DNA from: an uncultured Gemmatimonadales bacterium
GTDB lineage: Bacteria > Gemmatimonadota > Gemmatimonadetes > Gemmatimonadales > GWC2-71-9
Reading direction: 5' to 3'
Length of the DNA: 64,000 nt
Assembly: GCA_963739455.1 (NCBI GenBank)
Contig: CAVUAK010000001.1
Span: 2,176,001-2,240,000, forward strand
Under the pieces are notes generated by a model that saw only the letters and a list, made by a program, of their open reading frames with translations, was not told the DNA's origin and ran no database searches. The position numbers and the translations under genes were made by a program. Shown piece after piece: positions 22,871-31,487 of this stretch (the stretch's first letter is position 1; each line of letters begins with the position of its first letter).

Positions 22871-24313
22871 ATGTTGCTTTCCGCTCGTGGCGCGCGTACA
22901 AGCGTGATCCTGGCCGTGCTTGGCCTTGGCGCCTGTGCCGATCAGGGCCCGGTCGCGCCGGCCGAGGCACCCATTGAGAATTCGGTCCCCGCCGGTGCTG
23001 GCGCCGTGTCCGCGCTGCGGCAGGGGACGTCCCGTTACGTCGTGGTGGGTCGGGAGGGCAGCAGTACGGACCTCCGGGCCGCCATCGCGAAGGCGGGAGG
23101 CAAGGTGGAGCGCACCCACGGTGGAATCAACGTGTACGACGTGAGCGGACTCTCGGCACAGGGCCTGGCCTCCCTCAAGGCGCTGCCCGGCGTGGAGGGG
23201 GTCGATGCCGACGTGAGGGTGCAGTGGCTCCCTCCGCTCGCCCAAAGGAGTTTGAGGAAGGCGTCATTCGCGCAATCACGGGGAACCGACCAGAGCGGTG
23301 CCGCCTTCTTCGCCTACCAGTGGTACCTGCCGCAGATCCGGGCCAATGAGGCATGGACCAAGTCGCGGGGCGGCAAGAAGCAGCTGGTCTGCGATCTTGA
23401 CTCGGGCGTGGACGCGAATCACCTCGACCTCTCCGGCAAGGTCGACCTCGCCAGGAGCGCGTCATTCGTGGCTGAAGAGGATGGCATCATCGATCGCGAC
23501 TCGCACGGAACGGCAGTCTCGGCACTCATTGTCTCGAACGGCATCGGCATCGCCTCTGTCGCGCCCGACGCCATGCTCTGCCAGGTCAAGGTGCTGAATG
23601 GTGACGGGTCAGGGTCGTTCGCTGACATCATTGCGGGCATCATCTACGCCACCGACGCAGGTGCCGACGTGATCAACATGAGCCTCGGTGCATACTTCTC
23701 TCGCCGGGAGGACGGGGCGAAGGAACTGGTGCGTGCCGTGCAGCGCGCAGTGAACTACGCATCGCGGCATGGAGTGGTGGTGGTTGCGGCGGCAGGGAAT
23801 GGTGACGCTCTTGGAGTGGGGATCAACCTGAACCGGGATCCCCGCTCCTACATCGCCATCCCGGCTGAACTGGATAACGTCATCAGCGTCGGCGCCACGG
23901 CGCCCACCAACCAGCAGAACTTCGACCAGATCGCGAGCTATTCCAACTACGGCGCCTCTGGTGTGGACGTCTTTGCGCCGGGTGGAGACTTGGTGGCGGG
24001 CGGGGTGGTCGAGGACCTGATCCTTACCGCTTGCAGCAGCGCAATGACCGCCTTCGACTGTTCGTCAGGTGCCGACTACCTGTTCGCCGCGGGGACGAGC
24101 TTTGCATCGCCGCTTGTTTCCGGAGAGGCCGCCATCATTCAGTCCACCCTGCCAGGCGACCAGAACGACGAGGTCATCAGCCGCTGCATTCTTCGCAGCG
24201 CCGTCAACCCGAGCGGACGGAACATCGACCGTCTCTACGGGAGGGGCATTGTCGACGTTGTGAGCGGCCTGAGTTGTGGTGGTGGCCGCGGGAACCAGGT
24301 CGCCGCCAGGTAG
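22871..24313 (+). CDS. S8 (subtilisin-like) serine peptidase lipoprotein
   Basis: Lipobox LGAC; propeptide; catalytic DLDSG, HGTAVS, GTSFASP; AAAGN. Confidence 0.93.
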   Translation: MLLSARGARTSVILAVLGLGACADQGPVAPAEAPIENSVPAGAGAVSALRQGTSRYVVVGREGSSTDLRAAIAKAGGKVERTHGGINVYDVSGLSAQGLASLKALPGVEGVDADVRVQWLPPLAQRSLRKASFAQSRGTDQSGAAFFAYQWYLPQIRANEAWTKSRGGKKQLVCDLDSGVDANHLDLSGKVDLARSASFVAEEDGIIDRDSHGTAVSALIVSNGIGIASVAPDAMLCQVKVLNGDGSGSFADIIAGIIYATDAGADVINMSLGAYFSRREDGAKELVRAVQRAVNYASRHGVVVVAAAGNGDALGVGINLNRDPRSYIAIPAELDNVISVGATAPTNQQNFDQIASYSNYGASGVDVFAPGGDLVAGGVVEDLILTACSSAMTAFDCSSGADYLFAAGTSFASPLVSGEAAIIQSTLPGDQNDEVISRCILRSAVNPSGRNIDRLYGRGIVDVVSGLSCGGGRGNQVAAR

Positions 24314-24334
24314 GCGCGCGGACCGACGACCCAC

Positions 24335-24853
24335 ATGCCATTCTATCTCACGCGCACCAGTGTCAGTGGAGCACTGGTGCTCTTGCTCGGACTCGGCTCG
24401 GTGCTTCCGGCACAAGCCCAGGACGACAGTGCGTCGACGCCGCAGCAGATCACGCTGGTCTGCCCGGGCAGCGGCACTGTGCAGGCCTCGCAGACCAGCT
24501 CGACCAACACGTACAACAACCAGACCAAGAAGTATGAGTCGGGGACGGCCACCACGACTGCGCGCCAGCCATTCAACGGCAGCGTGCACGTGGAACTGTC
24601 CGGCCAGCTGGGGCGCATCGCCCTGCCGAAGCCAATGATGCCGCTGCTCAACAGCGGGTCTGATGGCTGGTTGCCGGTGGGGAAGATCACGTCCGATACG
24701 AAGGAGATTACCGGACAGGTGACGATCAACACCTTCAACAAGCCCAAGCTGCGTATCGACCGCGTGACAGGTGAGATTACCCTCTCGGGCGGTTTCAGTG
24801 ACTTCAGTGGGAAGTGTGAGGCCGTCGGGAAGGACGACAAGCCGAAGTTCTAG
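24335..24853 (+). CDS. Secreted hypothetical protein
   Basis: Signal peptide ending PAQA; two Cys; coding-like codon use. Confidence 0.75.
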   Translation: MPFYLTRTSVSGALVLLLGLGSVLPAQAQDDSASTPQQITLVCPGSGTVQASQTSSTNTYNNQTKKYESGTATTTARQPFNGSVHVELSGQLGRIALPKPMMPLLNSGSDGWLPVGKITSDTKEITGQVTINTFNKPKLRIDRVTGEITLSGGFSDFSGKCEAVGKDDKPKF

Positions 24854-24873
24854 CCTTGTGGGTTCGGGAGCAG

Positions 24874-24903
24874 AAAACGCGCGCCCCGACGGGCGCGCGT
24901 TTT
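24874..24903. terminator. Bidirectional intrinsic terminator
   Basis: AAAA-CGCGCGCCC-CGAC-GGGCGCGCG-TTTT between convergent genes. Confidence 0.85.
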
Positions 24904-24923
24904 ACGTCCGGTTCAGCGGGGAA

Positions 24924-26198
24924 TCAGTCCAGCGGGAACGGCTTGAACCAGGGCACATCGTGCCGCATCGCCCAACTCGCCACGTCGCGGCCGAGCTGCT
25001 GGCCCGCCGTGATGTCGAAGCGATAGTGCAGCCCGCCATACATCCGCGAGAGCCCCGCCCTGGTCACGTAACTCTCGAGCAGTTCCTTCTCGCTGGGGAA
25101 CGCGCGCTCCAGCACCGTGGCGTAGGACGCGGTGTTGCACGAGTGCCCGCTGATGTAGGACGGATGATTCGGCAACGGAATGGCGAGCGTGATCAGCGGG
25201 TCGGCCATGGTCGGCCGGATGAACCAGTAGGCAAACTTTGCGTCGAAGCAGCCGATGCCAGCGTCGAAGCCGGCCATGTTCGCCAGGGCCAGGATGTGCG
25301 CGGCGTCATGCTCCCGCCGCCCATGGGCCACAATCATTCCGGCGGCAACCTCATTCATGAAGGCCGGACCCTTGGTCGCCCAGTACTGTGCTTCCGCTAT
25401 CTGGTCCGCCGTTCGCGTGTCGGAGATCGTGCGGATCTCGGCCAGGTCCGTGAGGTATGCTGGTGAACCGAATGCCGGGGGCGGCGCGGGGCGGAACTGG
25501 TCACCCGACCTCAAGAAAAACGGGCGGGTGCCATACAGCCCGCGGACTGTCGGCGTGGCGCTCACCCAGTAACCCTCGGCGAGCCCACCAGGTGCCGGGG
25601 GCGGGATCAGCACGTTGAAGTTGTCGGTGGCCGCGTATGCCAGGACCTCGGCACCGACTGCACGACCGATTGCTTCCCCGGCAGCGGCATCCTCCTGGAA
25701 GTGACCACCGTGGCCGCGATCAAAGCCGCCCTTCCCGCGGTCATCGCCCCAACCGTGATGCTCATCCTTTCCATCGTCCGGCGGGATCGCGGCCAGCTGG
25801 GCCGCGAACTGCGCGTCGATGAGCGCTGCGTCCAGGGGGAAGAAGCTGGTGAGCACAACCACCGAGGCGCCACCCACGGCGACGGAAGGCGACGCGTTGC
25901 CGCCGCGATGAAACCAGGTGTTCTCGGCCTTCACGACGGCGTTGTATTGCGCCAGCGAGAGATATGTGAGGATCCGGGACTGCACGTGTGGTGCTCCCAC
26001 CGCGCGCGCGACAATCAGGTCGCGTGCCGTCTGGTTCCAAGCGACGGTCGCCCCGGCGTCCCTTGCCTTGCCAATGGAACTGGAAGCCTCCGCATTCTCC
26101 ACGGGGTCGGCAGCCGGGCTGGTGCTCGTATCGCTGCAGGCGGTGGCGAGCGCCAGCATCCCGGCAACGATGCCGAGTTGATGCATGTAGTGCCTCAT
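24924..26198 (-). CDS. Vanadium haloperoxidase-like / PAP2 superfamily lipoprotein
   Basis: Lipobox ATAC; KFAYWFIRP, PNHPSYISGH, SRMYGGLHYRFD. Confidence 0.88.
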   Translation of the reverse strand: MRHYMHQLGIVAGMLALATACSDTSTSPAADPVENAEASSSIGKARDAGATVAWNQTARDLIVARAVGAPHVQSRILTYLSLAQYNAVVKAENTWFHRGGNASPSVAVGGASVVVLTSFFPLDAALIDAQFAAQLAAIPPDDGKDEHHGWGDDRGKGGFDRGHGGHFQEDAAAGEAIGRAVGAEVLAYAATDNFNVLIPPPAPGGLAEGYWVSATPTVRGLYGTRPFFLRSGDQFRPAPPPAFGSPAYLTDLAEIRTISDTRTADQIAEAQYWATKGPAFMNEVAAGMIVAHGRREHDAAHILALANMAGFDAGIGCFDAKFAYWFIRPTMADPLITLAIPLPNHPSYISGHSCNTASYATVLERAFPSEKELLESYVTRAGLSRMYGGLHYRFDITAGQQLGRDVASWAMRHDVPWFKPFPLD

Positions 26199-26340
26199 AG
26201 GTCCTCCGTGTGTGGGTCCCGGCCAGCGCACGGCACGACCGGGAAGTACCTTGGATGTGGTAGTGGTGCTCTATGGGGAACCCCCGTGAGCCAGCCGCTT
26301 ACCACCCGTGAACCGGCTCGGCGTTCGCCCGGGAGCGGTC

Positions 26341-27678
26341 ATGCCCCTGCTTCGTACTCTCGGCTCAGTCGCGCTCGTGGATCGCAGTGCGGGCAGCGAA
26401 CAGCACCTCGAAATCCAGCAGAAGCGGTTGGCGCTGCTGGTGTTCCTCGCGCGTGGGCGCAGTGGACACCTGGTCCGCCGCGATGTTCTCCTCTCCCTTT
26501 TCTGGCCTGAATCCGATGAACAGCATGGCCGCGGCGTGCTGCGCCAGGCACTGACGGCATTCCGCAAGCAGCTCGGTGCTGATGTGCTGGTGACCCGCGG
26601 CGAGGACGAAGTCGGTCTCGCAGCCGACGGACTGCTGGTCGATGCGACCGCGTTCGAGGACGCCTGCAGGTCGGGGAAATTCGAATCGGCACGCGACCTG
26701 TACCGAGGCCACTTCCTGGCGGGGTTCCATGCTTCGGGAGTGGCTCCGGAGTTCGAACAATGGGTGGACGTGGAACGTGAACAGCTCCGTCGTCTCGCCA
26801 GTGATGCGTCGTGGAGAGTGGCCTTGCAGTGCGAGTCATCGGGCCGCCCTGCGGACGCCGTGACCAGCGCGCGCCACGCGGTGGAATTGGACCCCGATGA
26901 CGAGATGGGCGTCGCACGCCTGATCGCGCTGCTCGACCGCCAGGGTGACCGATCCGGTGCGCTCACGGTCTATGCGGCGCTGGAGCGTCGGCTGGCCGAT
27001 GGGTTCTCGGCGCGACCCGCACCGGAGACGCGCGCCCTGATGCAGACACTCCGCCAGCGCCCCACACCTGCCGCGCGGTCGGGTTCATTTGCGCTCGACG
27101 CTCCTGCGCCGCCTGCCCAGGCCTGGCGCAGTAGCAGGCGATCGCGCCGACCGCTCATCATCGCGGGTGCCATTGGCGCGCTGATCACTGTCGTGCTGGT
27201 CGCATTGCTCGGCCCGCGGGCCCCGCCGTCCGCCCTGATTCGCAACAACAGCGTCGTGGCAGTGGTGCCCTTCCGTCTCCATGCCCCTGACTCCGATCTG
27301 GGCTGGTTGCAGGACGGGATGGTCGAGCTCCTCACCATGCGACTCTCGGAGAGCGACGCGTTCAGCGTGGTAGAGCCGGGTCGTGTTCTCGCCGCGTGGG
27401 GCGACACGCCGTCAGGTCAGGGAGGCATTGGGTCGGATGAGGCGTTGCGGCGACTTGCGGAGAAGGTGGGCGCGGGTCGGGTGGTGCGGGGAAGTCTCAA
27501 CGGTACGCGGGGACACCTCATCCTGGCGGCCTGGATCATCGACATGCCAGGCGGACAGACAGTGGCGCAGGCCAGTGTGGAAGGGCCGGCCGACAGCCTT
27601 CCGGTTCTGGTGGACCGACTCGCAACGCAATTGCTTGGCCGAACGGAGCATGCCGCGCGACAGCCACCTCCGCAGTAG
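26341..27678 (+). CDS. BTAD/SARP-type regulator with TM helix and TolB-like extracytoplasmic domain (probably truncated at the C-terminus)
   Basis: LRTLG, KRLALLVFLA, RRD.L..LFWPE, LYRGHFL.GF, FEQWVD.ER, P.PET; TM; VAVVPF...L.DGMVELL. Confidence 0.85.
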   Translation: MPLLRTLGSVALVDRSAGSEQHLEIQQKRLALLVFLARGRSGHLVRRDVLLSLFWPESDEQHGRGVLRQALTAFRKQLGADVLVTRGEDEVGLAADGLLVDATAFEDACRSGKFESARDLYRGHFLAGFHASGVAPEFEQWVDVEREQLRRLASDASWRVALQCESSGRPADAVTSARHAVELDPDDEMGVARLIALLDRQGDRSGALTVYAALERRLADGFSARPAPETRALMQTLRQRPTPAARSGSFALDAPAPPAQAWRSSRRSRRPLIIAGAIGALITVVLVALLGPRAPPSALIRNNSVVAVVPFRLHAPDSDLGWLQDGMVELLTMRLSESDAFSVVEPGRVLAAWGDTPSGQGGIGSDEALRRLAEKVGAGRVVRGSLNGTRGHLILAAWIIDMPGGQTVAQASVEGPADSLPVLVDRLATQLLGRTEHAARQPPPQ

Positions 27679-27690
27679 CGGCGGGACAAC

Positions 27691-29276
27691 CTAGGATTCG
27701 CGCGTCATGTCCCACCGGTGCTTCGCCGCGGCCAACGCAGCAAGCACCAGCGTCGCCACCAGGTAGCCAACCCTCGTCGTACTGGTGGCGACGCCGTTCC
27801 ACCCCGCAAAATCCAGCGCCGGTACCTGCGCACCATTGAGCACCAGGTAGACGAACAGCAGGAAGACTCCCATGAACGCCTTCGGCGTCCGGGTGAGGAG
27901 GCCGAGCGCCGTGGCGAGTGCCGCCATGAATCCCGCCGCGATGACCAGCGACAGCGCCGATCCCGGCGAGCTGAAGGCGATGCGAATCGCCGGTGGGACG
28001 CAGAACAGCAAGCGCCAGCAGTGTCGCGGCGCCCAGCTTGATCCAGGCGTAGTCCGGGCTTCACGGTGGGCATGCTGTAGAGCAGCGGCAGTGTGCCGGC
28101 GGCCCGGTCGCGCGTCGAGAGGTCGGCGAGCCCGATGGCCAGGATCGCCGCGATGACGAGCGGGCAACAGGTGGAGCAGCTTGATCTCGGGTGCCACGAG
28201 CGTGGCGACCAGGACTCCCAGCCACGCCAGCAGGAGCAGCGGTGACTGGCAGAGCGTCATGACCGTCTCGGCGACGATGGCGCGGAGGGGCGCCGGTGCC
28301 ACCGCCACGAGTCGCTCGCCGGCACCCGACACGAGTCGCGTGAGCGGCTTGAGCAGGAGCGGAGATCCGGCGGATGAGGTGTCCGCCTGCCGCCTGGCTC
28401 GCGCCGCGCACGCGGGCGGGGTCGAACCGATGGAAAAAGACGAGCGCCCACGAGCAGGATCGGCACCGCGAGCAGCGCGGTGACGAGGCGCGGCAGGAGC
28501 ACGCCGCAGGGAGAGCGACATCGGTGGCAGGACCCACGGCGCCACGGCGGGGTTGAACGGCGTCATGCCGATGGCGAGGTGCTCCGACCCGGTCACTGAA
28601 TGCACCTGGCCCAGGATGAACCCGAGCCCCATCACGTCGAGGAACGACCCGGCCCCGCCCCCCTGTGCCCCCATGGCGCCCACAGCCAGCAGCACCATCC
28701 AGATGAAGAAGTAGAGCACGTCGCCCACCCGGCCCGAGAGGACCGGAATGCACTCGAAGGAAATCGCGAGCGCCGACACGACGAGGATCGCCGGGCCCAG
28801 TGCGAGGAGGTACGTGACGAAATACGTGACCGGCTCCAGCGGTCCCTCGCCGCGCAGCAGGTGCATCGCCATCACGTTGAGGACGTACACGCCGGTGACC
28901 AGCCCCAGGCTGGCGGCGCCGCCGAGGAACTTGCCCGCCAGGTAGGTCGCCGAACTGACCGGTGTCGCGGCGATGATGCGATCCGGTGCGCGCCAGGAGA
29001 TCGCGCCGGAGTGCGTTGCTGGTGAGGTAGAAGCCGGCGAAGGTCAGCAACAGCGTCGCGAGCCCCGCGGTCGCGAGCGCCACGACCTGCGAGGTGTACA
29101 GGGCGCGCGCACCGTCCACCACCATCAGTGCATGCCCGTCCGCCGGATCGGGAATCAGCAGGTAGGCGAGCCCCGAGAGGATCAGGATCAGCCACAGGGT
29201 CGACGGGCGACGGAGCCGCAGCTGGAGGTCGGTCAGCGCGATGACCGAGGACCTGCCGGAACAGGAGCGGTTGCAT
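27691..29276 (-). CDS. ABC-2-type transporter permease (several frameshifts)
   Basis: TM-rich segments over several frames; GFYL.SNALRRD...ATPV...YLAGKF. Confidence 0.75.
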
Positions 29277-29280
29277 CGGC

Positions 29281-30139
29281 TCAGGCCCCGGACTGCATCA
29301 GGTGCACGAAGGCGTCCTCCAGGTCGGGCTCCACCGGCTGGGCCGACGGCGAATGGCTGGGTGCGCGACACGACGCGCGCATGCACGCCATCCGCCTGTC
29401 GCACGGCGCGGGTCACCTTGAAGCGACCGCGTGCCTCCTCGTAGTCGGCCGAGGAGACGACCGCCTCCCACACCTGGCCGCGCGCCGCCTGCAGCAGCGC
29501 CTCGGGCGCGGCGCAGGTCACCAGCCGGCCCTCCCGCATGACCGCAATGGTTCCGGCCAGCGACTCGATGTCCGAGACGATGTGCGTCGACAGCAGCACC
29601 AGCTTCCCGCGCCCCAGGTCGGAGAGCAGGTGGCGGAAGCGCACGCGTTCCTCCGGGTCGAGCCCGGCGGTCGGTTCGTCGACGATGAGCAGGGCGGGGT
29701 CGTTGAGCAGCGCCTGCGCGATGCCGAGCCGCTGGCGCATGCCGCCGGAGAAGGTGGCGGCGGGGCGGTGCGCCACGGTGTGAAGGTTGACCAGCTCGAG
29801 CAGCTCCTCGATGCGGCCCTTCTTCGTGACCCCCTTGAGCCCGCCGAGGTAGCTGAGGAACTCGAACGCGGTGAGGTTGTCGTAGACGCCGAAGTCCTGC
29901 GGCAGGAAGCCGAGCTGCCGGCGGAGTACCTCCGGTTCCCTGAGGATGTCCACGCCCTGGAAGTGGATCTGTCCCTGGGTGGGGCGGGTGATCGTGGCGA
30001 TGAGCTGCATCAGCGTGGTCTTGCCGGCACCATTGGGCCCGAGGAGGCCCACGACGCCGGGCTCGAGCTCGAGGGACAGGTCGGCGACGGCGGTGACGCC
30101 ACCGCGGAAGCGCTTGGTCACCTGGTCGAGCTTGAGCAT
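29281..30139 (-). CDS. ABC transporter ATP-binding protein (frameshift near 29340)
   Basis: GPNGAGKTT, FSGGMRQR, LIVDEPT, STH; C-terminus EPDLEDAFVHLMQSGA in a shifted frame. Confidence 0.92.
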
Positions 30140-30227
30140 CGGGTCTCCGACGGGGATGGAAGCGGCGAACGCGCCGTGGAGACGTACTCCACGGCGCGTT
30201 CAGTATACAGCGGTGACCCCGGTTCGA

Positions 30228-31403
30228 TCAGAACTCGATCTTCAGGATCCGTCCCTCGGTGCCCACGAACCATCCCGTCTCGCACCCCGCGAACGCGACG
30301 GCCCAGTAGTTCGCCACATCAGGCAGGAGCGTCCAGGTGCCGCCCTCATTGTGCGAGTAGGCCGCACCACCTGGCCCGGTGGCCACGACGGACCGATCAC
30401 CGTGCCGATGACCATGTCCGCGCCCGCGTCCGCGGAACCCGGCGTGACCCGGCGCGCCGTCGTCTACATAGGCCATGCCGAAGGCGGCGCCGGCAAACGG
30501 CGTAGGCGATGCGAGTGTCCAGGTCTTCCCGGCATCGCGCGACGTCGCCACGTTCTCGGTGGTTCCGTCGTTCTCGAGATCGCCACCCACCAGCATGCCA
30601 CGCCGGGCGTCACGGAAGGCGATGCTGAATCCGCCCGAGGCGCCGGTGCCCTGCACGATCGGCGTGTCGTAGGCATTCCAGCTCCTGCCACCGTTGGTGG
30701 TGGCCAGGACACGCGCCTTGGCGGCGCCACCCGTGGTTACCCACGCGCTCTGCTCACCTTGTGTCGCGATGCAGGTCCCGCTGGCCGCGAATGCCGCTTC
30801 ACCTGCCTGTGCCGGCGGCATCCGGTTGCCGATGTTCTCCCACGTCCTGCCGTTGTTCGTCCGAAGCGTGGGGAATACACCGTTGATCGCGTCACCGAAC
30901 GTGAGACCGCGGTTGCGGCTCCAGAAGGCAAAGCAATCGTAGAACGCCGCCGGGTCTTCCGCCTGGAACTGCAGTGCCCACGTCGCGCCGCCGTCCTCGG
31001 TCTTGTAAATGCGCGAGTCGGAACCGACACCCGCGGCCAGGAGATACGCGACCTTCTCGCTCACGCCCTCGACGTCGCGGAATTGCAGCAGTTCCGCCCC
31101 GGGGACCACACCCGCCTTCCAGGTGTTGCCACCATCGGTGGTCAGCACATACGTGCCGCCGACTCCGCTGGCCCACACGACTCGTGAGTTGACGGGACTG
31201 ACGGCCTGAAGCCGGTTCGTCGTTCCGCTCTGCTGGGGCGTGAGTGTTGGCGGATTCGCACCGCGAGACGACTGGACCTCGACGTCAGCAACGGCGGGAT
31301 CTGTAACCGCAGCTGAGGTGTCACCGGCGTTGTCGCTGCAGCCGAGTGCCACGAGTGCGGCAAGCCCGGCCGAGAAGGCGGCCGTGGGAAATGTACGTGC
31401 CAT
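30228..31403 (-). CDS. BNR/Asp-box (YCF48-like) beta-propeller lipoprotein
   Basis: Lipobox ALGC; repeated T.DGG.TW Asp-boxes; FAASGTC. Confidence 0.88.
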   Translation of the reverse strand: MARTFPTAAFSAGLAALVALGCSDNAGDTSAAVTDPAVADVEVQSSRGANPPTLTPQQSGTTNRLQAVSPVNSRVVWASGVGGTYVLTTDGGNTWKAGVVPGAELLQFRDVEGVSEKVAYLLAAGVGSDSRIYKTEDGGATWALQFQAEDPAAFYDCFAFWSRNRGLTFGDAINGVFPTLRTNNGRTWENIGNRMPPAQAGEAAFAASGTCIATQGEQSAWVTTGGAAKARVLATTNGGRSWNAYDTPIVQGTGASGGFSIAFRDARRGMLVGGDLENDGTTENVATSRDAGKTWTLASPTPFAGAAFGMAYVDDGAPGHAGFRGRGRGHGHRHGDRSVVATGPGGAAYSHNEGGTWTLLPDVANYWAVAFAGCETGWFVGTEGRILKIEF

Positions 31404-31487
31404 GATGATCTCCATTTTGGGGCGGGGCGGCGCGTTGGCCGACCCCGATCAGTATCGGGACGAAGTAGATACCCCGCAAGTCGCCAG

